A stretch of DNA of 64,000 bases from Synergistaceae bacterium UBA6083 (GTDB lineage Bacteria > Synergistota > Synergistia > Synergistales > 79-D21): the NCBI GenBank assembly GCA_002436015.1, contig DIXJ01000010.1, positions 45,860-109,859 on the forward strand, given 5' to 3'. The notes under the pieces are model-generated. The model was not told the DNA's origin. It did no database searches and was given only the letters and a program-made list of their open reading frames with translations. The position numbers were made by a program, and so were the translations under genes. Positions 37,193 to 45,382 of this stretch are shown here, one piece after another. Within the stretch, counting starts at the first letter, position 1, and each line of letters begins with the position of its first letter.

Positions 37193-37966
37193 TTGGAAAG
37201 CCCGCTTTACGACATCGAGCTGGAAAACGTCCGATTTGCCTACAACGGGTCCGGTCCTGTCCTGGACGGGATCTCGCTGGCCGTCAGGCCAAGGGAGTTC
37301 CTGGCGGTACTCGGCCCCAACGGCGGCGGCAAGAGCACCCTGCTCCGGGTCATGCTGGGCATTCTCGAACCCCAGGCGGGCAAGGTTTCGCTCCTCGGCC
37401 GCCCCCCTCTGGAATCCGTCAGGCAAGTGGGGTATGTTCCGCAGGATGCCAACACGAACCGCGGGTTTCCCGTTTCCGTGGAGGACGTCGTGCTCATGGG
37501 ACGATTCGAGGGGGGGCGGGGATCCTGGAGCCCTTCCGCAAAGGACCGGGCCGCCGTGGAAGGAGCCATGGAGCGGATGGGAATCGGGCATCTTCGCCGC
37601 AGCCGGATCGGTGAACTTTCGCAGGGGCAGCGCCAGCGCGTGGCGATTGCCCGTGCCCTTGCCGTCGAACCGGCCGTGATGCTTCTCGATGAGCCCACCG
37701 CCAGCGTGGACCTCCAGACCCAGGCGGCCCTCTACGACATCCTCGGGGAACTGAACCGGGAGATCACGATCGTCATGGTGAGCCATGACCTGACAGCCCT
37801 TACCAGCTATGCCACCTCGGTGGCCTGCGTGAACCGGACCCTTTTCCATCACGACCGGGCCGAACTGACCGGCGACATGGTCCAGGCGGTCTACGGGAGC
37901 TGCCCGGTCGAACTCATCGCCCACGGTGTCCCCCACCGGGTCCTGCAGAGGCACGACCATGATTGA
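37193..37966 (+). CDS. znuC: Zn/Mn ABC ATP-binding protein
   Basis: GPNGGGKS, GYVPQ, LSQGQRQR, VACVN; His-rich tail. Confidence 0.88.
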   Translation: MESPLYDIELENVRFAYNGSGPVLDGISLAVRPREFLAVLGPNGGGKSTLLRVMLGILEPQAGKVSLLGRPPLESVRQVGYVPQDANTNRGFPVSVEDVVLMGRFEGGRGSWSPSAKDRAAVEGAMERMGIGHLRRSRIGELSQGQRQRVAIARALAVEPAVMLLDEPTASVDLQTQAALYDILGELNREITIVMVSHDLTALTSYATSVACVNRTLFHHDRAELTGDMVQAVYGSCPVELIAHGVPHRVLQRHDHD

Positions 37967-38771
37967 CGCCCTGCAGTTCGGTTTCATGAGGAATGCCCTC
38001 CTCGCCGGCCTGCTGGTCAGCATTGCCTGCGGGATCATCGGGACCCTCGTGGTGGCCAACCGCCTCGTCTTCCTCGCTGGGGGCATCGCCCATGCCGCCT
38101 ATGGAGGGGTGGGGCTTGCCCTGTTTGCCGGTTTCTCCCCCTTTTTGGGGGCCATGGGTTTCAGCCTCGTCATGGCGGTCCTCCTCGCCGCCCTTACCGT
38201 GAAAAGCAAAAACCGCGCCGACACGGCGGTGGGGGTCCTCTGGGCAGTCGGCATGGCCCTGGGGGTCATTCTCGTCGACCTGTCGCCCGGGTACAGGGCC
38301 GACCTCATGAGCCTCCTTTTCGGGAGCATCCTCACCGTGAGTTCCCGGGAACTCTGGATGATGGGGGGAACGACGGCCGTCGTGGCAGCGACGGTGGCCC
38401 TGAAATACCGTGACCTCCTGGTTCTCTCCTTCGACCCCGAGTTTGCCGCCACCCGGGGTGTGCGTGTCGCGAGGCTCCACACTCTCCTGCTGCTCCTGGT
38501 GGCTGCCGGGACGGTTGTGGCGATTCACGCCGTGGGGCTCATCCTGGTCATTGCCCTCTTCACCATTCCGCCGACTCTCGCCGAACGCTCCTGTCGCTCC
38601 CTCGCGGGCATGATGGCCGTCGCGACTGCCTGGAGCGCCCTCTTCACCCTCATCGGCCTGGACCTCTCCTACCGCCTCAACCTGACCTCCGGGGCCACCA
38701 TCATCCTCGTCGCTGCCTTCGCCTTCTTCCTTGCCTCGGTCCGGGGCGCAAAAAAACGGGGTGGGATTTAG
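37959..38771 (+). CDS. znuB: Zn/Mn ABC permease
   Basis: FMRNALLAG, IAHAAYGG, LFGSIL, SFDPEFA. Confidence 0.88.
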   Translation: MIDALQFGFMRNALLAGLLVSIACGIIGTLVVANRLVFLAGGIAHAAYGGVGLALFAGFSPFLGAMGFSLVMAVLLAALTVKSKNRADTAVGVLWAVGMALGVILVDLSPGYRADLMSLLFGSILTVSSRELWMMGGTTAVVAATVALKYRDLLVLSFDPEFAATRGVRVARLHTLLLLLVAAGTVVAIHAVGLILVIALFTIPPTLAERSCRSLAGMMAVATAWSALFTLIGLDLSYRLNLTSGATIILVAAFAFFLASVRGAKKRGGI

Positions 38772-38787
38772 CCCCGCCCCGTTTTTG
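38752..38787. terminator. Bidirectional terminator
   Basis: AAAAACGGGGTGGG-loop-CCCGCCCCGTTTTT. Confidence 0.75.
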
Positions 38788-38810
38788 AACGGTTTTGCCC
38801 TCCACCCGAA

Positions 38811-39815
38811 TCAGGGGGCGAGGATGATCTTGCCGAAGTGTTCCGCCCGCTCCATGCGCTCGTGGGCGAGGGCAGCGTCCTTCAGCGGCATCACCGTGTC
38901 GATGACTGGGCGGATGAGGCCTTCCTCAACGAGGCGGAATACCCGGCGGATCTCTTCCGGGGTGCCTCCGTACGAGCCGAAGGCGGTGATCTCCTTCCGG
39001 TAGATTTCCTGGAGGTTGACGTGGACCTCGGCACCCGAGGTGGAGCCGCAGAAGGCGATGCGGCCTCCTCGCCTGAGGGAGGCGATGCTGCGGACCCAGG
39101 TTGCCTTGCCGACGGTTTCAAGGACGAGGTCGACCCCGTGGTCGCCCGTGAGACGGCGAACCTCGGCCGAGAAGTCGCTCCCGGAATCGATGACGGCGTC
39201 GGCACCCAGGTCGTACAACCGGGTTCCCTTCCGGGTGTCTCGCGTCGTGGCGAAAACGCGGGCACCCATCGCGTTGGCCAGCTGGATTGCCGCAACGCCG
39301 ATCCCGCCCGTGGCCCCGACGACGAGGACGGATTCGCCGGGTTGCAGGTTGCCCCGGGTGATGGCCATCCTATAGACCGTTGTGGTCGTGAGGGGAACCG
39401 AGGCGGCTTCCTCGAAGCCGAGCTTGGCCGGCTTGCGGAGCAGGGCATGGGCGGGCGCGACCACGTACTCGGCGTAGCATCCGTCCCGGGCCACCCCGAA
39501 TATCCGCACCGACAGGTTGGGCGGGTCCGCGTAAGGGCGATCCGGGAAGATCCAGGGGGTCACCACCACTTCGTCGCCCTTTTGGTACCCCGTCACACCG
39601 GAGCCCAGCCTTTCAACGATCCCGGCGCCTTCGCAGCCCGGGACGATCGGCATCGGGGCGAAAACCGACCCCAGCCGCATCCAGATGTCCAAATGGTTCA
39701 CGGCTGCGGCCTTGAGCCGGACCAGGACCTCCCCGGCCGACGGTTCCGGCGTCGGGGTTTCCTCCCACTTCAAGACTTCTGCCGGGCCTGGTGCGTGAAC
39801 GCGGATCGCCTGCAT
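38811..39815 (-). CDS. MDR-family (quinone/alcohol) oxidoreductase
   Basis: NHLDIW, PGCEGAG, GATGGIG, HFGKIIL. Confidence 0.88.
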   Translation of the reverse strand: MQAIRVHAPGPAEVLKWEETPTPEPSAGEVLVRLKAAAVNHLDIWMRLGSVFAPMPIVPGCEGAGIVERLGSGVTGYQKGDEVVVTPWIFPDRPYADPPNLSVRIFGVARDGCYAEYVVAPAHALLRKPAKLGFEEAASVPLTTTTVYRMAITRGNLQPGESVLVVGATGGIGVAAIQLANAMGARVFATTRDTRKGTRLYDLGADAVIDSGSDFSAEVRRLTGDHGVDLVLETVGKATWVRSIASLRRGGRIAFCGSTSGAEVHVNLQEIYRKEITAFGSYGGTPEEIRRVFRLVEEGLIRPVIDTVMPLKDAALAHERMERAEHFGKIILAP

Positions 39816-39840
39816 CGCTTCCCCCTCCTTCCAGGATTCC

Positions 39841-39883
39841 GCTTGTGATTGTGAACGCAATGCATTAGTGCCTGTCCCGAATT
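39841..39883 (-). repeat. 43-bp dispersed repeat, copy 5 (contains nucleotidyltransferase stop codon)
   Basis: Reverse complement reads AATTCGGGACAGGCACTAATGCATTGCGTTCACAATCACAAGC. Confidence 0.95.
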
Positions 39884-41145
39884 AGCCAGGAGCGGGCCTC
39901 GGCGGGGGTCGAAACTTCCCCGCAGGCGACGGCCTCGTCAAGCTTTGCGAGGATTTCCCCCACCCGGGGGCCTTCGGCAAGGCCCAGGATATCCATGACT
40001 TCCCGGCCATCCAAAAGGCGGCCGGCCTGTTCCAGGCGGAAAAGCCCCGCGAGGGCCCGTGCGCGGTTCTCCATCCAGGGCATGAGGCGGCCGCTTCCGG
40101 CAAGCACGTCGGCATAGCCCAGGACGAAGAGGCGCTCGAGCCACTCTCCGCCTAACACCCGGATCTGCCGGGCCATTCCCCCTTCGGGCCACGCGGCCGA
40201 GGGCATCCGGTGCCATCGCACGAGGCTCGTGACAACTTCCGCGAATTCCTGGGGCCAGGCCCACTTGCGGGCCATCTCCCTCACGAGGTCGGCCCCGTCC
40301 TTCTCGTGCCCCGTGAAGCAGGCGGGCGCGTCTTCCGTGGAAGCGCAGGACGCCTTTGCCACGTCGTGGAGAAGGGCGGCGGCGCGGATCGCAGGGTCGG
40401 GCGTGAGTTTCTGGACGGTGTCCAGGCAGAGGCGGGTATGGAGGTAGGCGTCTCCCTCCGGGTGTTTATCGGGATCCTGCTCGATTCCCTTCAGGGCTTC
40501 GATTTCGGGCAGGATGGCTCCAAGGAGGCCCGTGCCGTTCAGCATGTCGAGGAAAAGGCCGATATCCCCTTCCAGGGCTTTCATGAGTTCCTTTCCAAGG
40601 CGTTCCCCCGGCACCCGGGCAATCATCCGGTAAAGTTCCGGGTCGCGACAGGCCGATTCGGAGTCGGGAGCCACGGTGAAAAGGGGAAGCGTGGCGGCGA
40701 ACCGGAAAAGCCGGACGGCCCGCACGGCGTCCTCGCCAAGGCGCTCCGAGGCCTTTCCGTTGAACCGGAGTCGCCTGCGGGTGAGGTCTTTCTCTCCGCC
40801 CCTCGGATCCACGAGGGTCCCGAGCCGGGTCATGGCCATGGCGTTCACCGTGAAATCCCGCCTGCCGAGGTCGTGCTCGAGGCTGAACCCGCAATAGGAA
40901 CAAAACTCCACGGATACGCTCCCGCACTGGAGGAGGGCAGTCTGGAGAGGAGGCTTGCCGACCGGCTTGGCCCCGGGCCAGAGGCGCAGCACAACCTCCA
41001 GGGGGGCGGATGTGGCGATGTCCACGTCCGTAATCGGCAGGCCGAGGAAAAGGTCCCGGACGGCGCCTCCCACGAGAGCCCCTTCGTAACCTTCGTTTTC
41101 CAGCGCGAGCAGCCACTCAAGGGCCGTCTTTATTTCTTGCTTCAT
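39865..41145 (-). CDS. cca: Class II tRNA nucleotidyltransferase with HD domain (possibly CC-adding)
   Basis: VGGAVRD, DVDIAT, RRDFTVNAMA, EDAVRAVRLFRF, HPEGDAYLH, LLHDVAK. Confidence 0.87.
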   Translation of the reverse strand: MKQEIKTALEWLLALENEGYEGALVGGAVRDLFLGLPITDVDIATSAPLEVVLRLWPGAKPVGKPPLQTALLQCGSVSVEFCSYCGFSLEHDLGRRDFTVNAMAMTRLGTLVDPRGGEKDLTRRRLRFNGKASERLGEDAVRAVRLFRFAATLPLFTVAPDSESACRDPELYRMIARVPGERLGKELMKALEGDIGLFLDMLNGTGLLGAILPEIEALKGIEQDPDKHPEGDAYLHTRLCLDTVQKLTPDPAIRAAALLHDVAKASCASTEDAPACFTGHEKDGADLVREMARKWAWPQEFAEVVTSLVRWHRMPSAAWPEGGMARQIRVLGGEWLERLFVLGYADVLAGSGRLMPWMENRARALAGLFRLEQAGRLLDGREVMDILGLAEGPRVGEILAKLDEAVACGEVSTPAEARSWLIRDRH

Positions 41146-41189
41146 CGCATCATCCCCTCACCGTAAAGTATAGCAGAGGGGTTCGACAA

Positions 41190-41237
41190 AGAAGAGGGGA
41201 TTCTTCGAGGCAGGCCTCGAAGAATCCCCTCTTCTTC
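41190..41237 (-). terminator. Terminator after ferredoxin
   Basis: AGAAGAGGGGGATTCTTCGAGG-CAGG-CCTCGAAGAATCCCCTCTTCT long stem. Confidence 0.75.
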
Positions 41238-41255
41238 TCTTGCTAAAACTGAGGG

Positions 41256-41429
41256 CTACTGGGAGATGGCGCTGACGGGGCAGGTGGCCACGCAGGCGCC
41301 GCACTCGACGCAGCTATCGGGATCGACGAACGCCTTGCCGTCAACCATGCTGATGGCGGTAACGGGGCAGACTCCTACGCAAGCCTCGCACGCGATGCAG
41401 GTATCCTTGTCAACAACAGCCTTTGCCAT
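41256..41429 (-). CDS. 2x[4Fe-4S] ferredoxin (57 aa; not in ORF track)
   Basis: Hand translation MAKAVVDKDTCIACEACVGVCPVTAISMVDGKAFVDPDSCVECGACVATCPVSAISQ*; GAGGAGGG RBS. Confidence 0.95.
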   Translation of the reverse strand: MAKAVVDKDTCIACEACVGVCPVTAISMVDGKAFVDPDSCVECGACVATCPVSAISQ

Positions 41430-41599
41430 AACTTTTTCCCTCCTCGTAAGTTTTTCGACGGGCGACGGGCCCGCTCGGACCCAAGCGAATTCTAACCGAT
41501 ACGAAAGGGGAATTGCAAATGGTCCTCCTCCCTGGAAAGCGCCTTTCCCCTTATAATGAAAAAACGATGGAAAACAGGAAAGGGCGGAGGTCGAGAGGG

Positions 41600-42118
41600 A
41601 TGACGGAACCGGAAGAGCTCCAGATCGAACTTTTCGAAGGAGCGAAGGAACGCAAGGCAGGAAGGGCAGCGGGAGGCAAGGCGGCTTCCAGGCGAAGGGT
41701 TGTCCTGGAAACCCTCGACAAGAATCTTCGCAGCATCTGGGAAGGGGATGCCGACCTCTACCGGGCGACCACGGCCGACGAGGTGACGTTCTTCGAATGG
41801 TACATCAGCCCCGACCGCATTGACGGGATCGACTTCCACATGAGGGAAATCAAGGTTCATGCCTCGGTCCTTGGCGAGGGGGGAGCGATCGAGCACGAGA
41901 TCCTGAACCCGAAGGTCCAGTTCTACGGACCCGTCGCCATCGTTACTTACACGCTGATGATACGGTCGTCCTCCTGCGGCAAGGTGACCCACAAGAGCCA
42001 CCACGAAACCCGTGTTTTCCACGACACGGGTTCTGAGGAGGCACCCGAATGGAAGCTGGTCCACTGCCATAAATCACCCGTGAGCACTATCGACAGCCTG
42101 GGGGTCCTGAGGGGCTGA
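41600..42118 (+). CDS. NTF2/SnoaL-like protein (CaMKII association-domain-like)
   Basis: SIWEGDADLY..VTFFE..RIDGIDFH..ETRVF..WKLVHCHKS. Confidence 0.75.
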   Translation: MTEPEELQIELFEGAKERKAGRAAGGKAASRRRVVLETLDKNLRSIWEGDADLYRATTADEVTFFEWYISPDRIDGIDFHMREIKVHASVLGEGGAIEHEILNPKVQFYGPVAIVTYTLMIRSSSCGKVTHKSHHETRVFHDTGSEEAPEWKLVHCHKSPVSTIDSLGVLRG

Positions 42119-43224
42119 TGCCGTTTTCCGCGCCGGGCGCGCCTTCGCTGGGGACGGCTGCGCAAAGGCTGCAGGAATGGTTTTCGGTCCATGCCCGGGA
42201 TCTCCCGTGGAGATCCACGCGGGATGCCTATGCGATCCTGGTCTCGGAGGTCATGCTCCAGCAGACCCAGGTGGACACCGTGGTTCCTGCCTACCGGGAG
42301 TGGATGGGGCGTTTCCCCGATCTCGGAACCCTGGCCGAAGCCTCGCAGGAAGAGGTCCTGAAGGCCTGGGAGGGGTTGGGCTACTATGCCCGGGCCCTCA
42401 ATCTCCAGCGTAGCGCCCGGCTGATCCTGGAGCATCACGGGGGGCGGGTTCCGCGCGAGGACGAGGAACTCCTTGCCCTTCCCGGGATCGGGCGCTATAC
42501 GGCAGGAGCGGTCCAGAGCATCGCTTTCGACCTGCCACGGGCTGCCGTAGACGGAAACGTCGAGCGGGTCCTCTGCCGCTTCCTCGATATCGACACGCCT
42601 GCCCGGGACCGAAGGAACCAAATCCTCTTCGGGAGAATCGTCCGGGAAATGATGGAGGAGAACTCACCGGGGGACTTGACCCAGGCGCTCATGGAACTGG
42701 GAGCCCTGGTTTGCCTTCCGCGGAAGCCCCGGTGCGACGGTTGCCCTTTCGGGGGACTTTGCCTTGCCCGGTCCAGGGGAACGGTGTCGAAGAGGCCGGT
42801 TCCCCGGCCGAGAAAGCCGACCCAGGCGATCCAGGCCTCTGTGGCGATCCTGACCGACGGGGAAAGGATTTTCCTCCAGAAACGGCCGCCGGAGGGGCTC
42901 ATGGCGAATCTTTGGGAGTTTCCCGGAGGGAAGCTCGAGGAGGGCGAAACCCCTCGGGCCGCGTTGAGGCGCGAGCTTTTCGAGGAACTGGGGATCAAGG
43001 TGAGGGGCGAGAAAAAGGTTGGGACCATCCGTCACGCGTACACGTCCTTTTCGGTGACCCTTCACGTCTACCTGGCGAGGATGAACGGCAGTGAAAGCCT
43101 TCCGGATCCTTCCGGAAACCTGGCCTTGCCCTCCGGCTGGTTCACGCCGGAAGAGGCCCGGAGACTGCCGATGCCTGCGGCGAATGTTAAAATCCTGGCC
43201 CGCTGGGTGGAAGAACCCGATTGA
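42118..43224 (+). CDS. mutY: A/G-specific adenine glycosylase with C-terminal Nudix domain
   Basis: RDLPWR, VSEVMLQQTQV, WEGLGYYARA, LPGIGRYTA, VDGNV, C-x6-C-x2-C-x5-C. Confidence 0.95.
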   Translation: MPFSAPGAPSLGTAAQRLQEWFSVHARDLPWRSTRDAYAILVSEVMLQQTQVDTVVPAYREWMGRFPDLGTLAEASQEEVLKAWEGLGYYARALNLQRSARLILEHHGGRVPREDEELLALPGIGRYTAGAVQSIAFDLPRAAVDGNVERVLCRFLDIDTPARDRRNQILFGRIVREMMEENSPGDLTQALMELGALVCLPRKPRCDGCPFGGLCLARSRGTVSKRPVPRPRKPTQAIQASVAILTDGERIFLQKRPPEGLMANLWEFPGGKLEEGETPRAALRRELFEELGIKVRGEKKVGTIRHAYTSFSVTLHVYLARMNGSESLPDPSGNLALPSGWFTPEEARRLPMPAANVKILARWVEEPD

Positions 43225-43250
43225 ATCCTTAAATTTAGCGCTTGCCCATA

Positions 43251-43278
43251 TTGCATAGACAGGGCGTCAGTATATAAT
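43251..43278 (+). promoter_or_regulatory. Sigma70-like promoter
   Basis: TTGCAT-16bp-TATAAT upstream of the DUF883 gene. Confidence 0.55.
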
Positions 43279-43310
43279 GATTCCATAACCACTTAAAGGG
43301 GTGATTGAGA

Positions 43311-43601
43311 ATGAGTGAAGTCGACCTGCAGACCGAGCTTGACGCGCTGAAAGAGGAACTGGGCACCATCCGAGCCGACCTGGCGGAACTCAAGGGTCCC
43401 ATGAAGAACATCGCGATCGCCTTGAAGGAGAACCTTGCCGAGGCGCTGGGTTCCGGCCTTGAAAAGGCGAAGTGCACGGGCAAGAAGGCCGTGGAAGCCG
43501 TCGAGACGACGGTGGAGGACAAGCCGCTGCAGTCGCTCCTGGTTGCCTTCGGAGTGGGGCTGCTGCTCGGCAAGCTGCTCGACATTTCCAACCGGAGGTA
43601 G
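43311..43601 (+). CDS. DUF883/ElaB/YqjD-like tail-anchored protein
   Basis: Coiled N-terminus, VEDKPLQSLLVAFGVGLLLGKLL tail. Confidence 0.78.
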   Translation: MSEVDLQTELDALKEELGTIRADLAELKGPMKNIAIALKENLAEALGSGLEKAKCTGKKAVEAVETTVEDKPLQSLLVAFGVGLLLGKLLDISNRR

Positions 43602-43608
43602 GTCCTCC

Positions 43609-43887
43609 ATGGGCTTGGCGAGGCTGGTGGTCTCGTTCCTCGAGCTTTTGGAGGCTGAGGCCCGGGCCCTGGCGGCCGGCCTCCTTGACCTGAAGATTGC
43701 TTCCATCCTCGCCTGGGTTGCAGGTTTTCTTCTCCTCGCGGGTTTTTCCCTAACGGTTGCGGCGCTGTACGTTTTTGCCCGCCGCGGGGTTTCGGCCCCT
43801 GCCGCGCTGCTTTTGACCGGCGTCATGACGCTGGCGGTTTCGGGAGGACTCCTGTGGAGCGCCCGGAAAATCGTCCGGAAAATCTAG
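43609..43887 (+). CDS. Two-TM membrane protein (YqjE/holin-like)
   Basis: LELLEAE followed by two hydrophobic helices; follows DUF883 gene. Confidence 0.6.
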   Translation: MGLARLVVSFLELLEAEARALAAGLLDLKIASILAWVAGFLLLAGFSLTVAALYVFARRGVSAPAALLLTGVMTLAVSGGLLWSARKIVRKI

Positions 43888-44123
43888 AGGCCGCGAAGGC
43901 CCGCTTCCTGGAGGAAGCATGCAGGCTGACGCCTTCGGCCTGGATCAGGGAACATCCCGACGTGGCCGTGGGAGGTGCCCTGGCAGCCGGGTTTTTCCTC
44001 GGTTGCTCGCCTGAGGCCCAGGAGGCGACGATCAGGAATGCTTCGACCGGGATCAAGCTGGTGCGGGAACTCCTTGAGCGAATGGGGAGTCTTCCCGGCG
44101 GTACGGACGAGCCGCAAGCCTGA
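43854..44123 (+). CDS. Small hypothetical membrane-associated protein
   Basis: WIREHPDVAVGGALAAGFFLG resembles a DUF883-like tail; followed by terminator. Confidence 0.55.
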   Translation: MERPENRPENLEAAKARFLEEACRLTPSAWIREHPDVAVGGALAAGFFLGCSPEAQEATIRNASTGIKLVRELLERMGSLPGGTDEPQA

Positions 44124-44128
44124 ATGTG

Positions 44129-44162
44129 AAGCCGGCCCCGGAAACCCGGGGCCGGCTTTTTC
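44129..44162. terminator. Bidirectional terminator
   Basis: AAGCCGGCCCCGG-AAAC-CCGGGGCCGGCTTTTTT. Confidence 0.8.
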
Positions 44163-45191
44163 TCAGGGTTTTTCCTGTGTTTCCCAGTCAAGCCCCGGCG
44201 GGAGCTCCGGCTTTGGATCCCTGGAGTAGAGGGCTTCAAGGACCCGAATAGGAGGGGTTCCCTCGTACAGGACGCGGTGGATTGCCTCGGCGAGGGGCAA
44301 TTCGACGTCCAACTGCCGAGCAAGGGCTACGACGGCCTTGACGGTAGTGGCCCCTTCGGCGACCTGGCCGAGCCGTCCCAGTGCCGCATCGAGGGAGAGT
44401 CCTTCCCCCAGGGCAAGTCCCAGGCGGAAGTTCCGTGAGTGATGGCTGTAGCAGGTGACCATGAGGTCGCCGACCCCGGCCAGGCCCGCCAGGGTGAGCG
44501 GACGGGCTCCGAGACGGGCCCCCAGTCTCATCGTTTCCGCCAGCCCGCGGCTGACAAGGGCGGCCACGGCGTTGTCTCCCAGCCCCATGGCCCTCGCCAC
44601 GCCCGCGGCGACAGCCATGACGTTCTTTACGGCGCCGCCCACTTCCACCCCCACGACGTCCGTGCCGGTGTAGACGCGGAAGGTGCCTCCGTTCAGGAGG
44701 GCCTGCCAGAGAGTGGCCTCCCGGCTTTCGGACGAGGCCACGACAACGGCCGTGGGCTGGCCGACGATAACCTCCTCGGCATGGCTTGGGCCTGAGAGGA
44801 CCGAGTACCGGGCCTGGGGGAGGATTTCGGCGACGATCTCGTGGATCAGCTTGCGGGAGGAGATCTCGATTCCCTTGGCGGCATTGCAGACCGACAGGTC
44901 GGTGGGTGAAACCGGAGCAAGCCGGGTGAGGACTTCCCGGATTGCCTGGGTGGGAATGGCGAGGATCCAGCGTCCGGAGTGGGAGGCGGCCTCTTCAAGG
45001 TCGCCCGTTGCGTTCAGAAGGGAGCTCAAAGGGGCCTCGGCAAGGTAGCGGGGGTTGTGCCCGGTGGCGGAGATGGCTCGGGCCTGGTCTTCGTGGCGGC
45101 ACCAGAGGACCACATCGTGTCCGCGCCGCGCTGCAAGGTCCGCAAGGGCCGTGCCCCAGCTCCCTGCTCCGAAAACGGTTATGGCTTCCAT
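44163..45191 (-). CDS. gpsA: NAD(P)H-dependent glycerol-3-phosphate dehydrogenase
   Basis: GAGSWGTALA, KGIE, SGPSHAEE, KNVMA, GDLMVTC, SRN. Confidence 0.95.
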   Translation of the reverse strand: MEAITVFGAGSWGTALADLAARRGHDVVLWCRHEDQARAISATGHNPRYLAEAPLSSLLNATGDLEEAASHSGRWILAIPTQAIREVLTRLAPVSPTDLSVCNAAKGIEISSRKLIHEIVAEILPQARYSVLSGPSHAEEVIVGQPTAVVVASSESREATLWQALLNGGTFRVYTGTDVVGVEVGGAVKNVMAVAAGVARAMGLGDNAVAALVSRGLAETMRLGARLGARPLTLAGLAGVGDLMVTCYSHHSRNFRLGLALGEGLSLDAALGRLGQVAEGATTVKAVVALARQLDVELPLAEAIHRVLYEGTPPIRVLEALYSRDPKPELPPGLDWETQEKP

Positions 45192-45382
45192 GAGAATCCC
45201 TCCAGGGTCCTTGTTTTGCTTTCTTATGCCGAATTCACTTTAGCATGAAACCGCGGGTGCGCGGATTGGAGCGAAAATTTCCTTGAAGAGGGCTGAACAA
45301 AAGGGCAGAGTATCCTGTATAATCAACCGGATTTTTGGATGGCGTATAAGTGGGGCATGGCCCCCTAAGAAGGAGGATCCCG

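Noticed and set aside
1177..39883. 43-bp repeat as a CRISPR array or integron attC
   Set aside because: Copies are kilobases apart with no regular spacers, there is no cas or integrase gene in the window, and no RYYYAAC/GTTRRRY palindromic structure.
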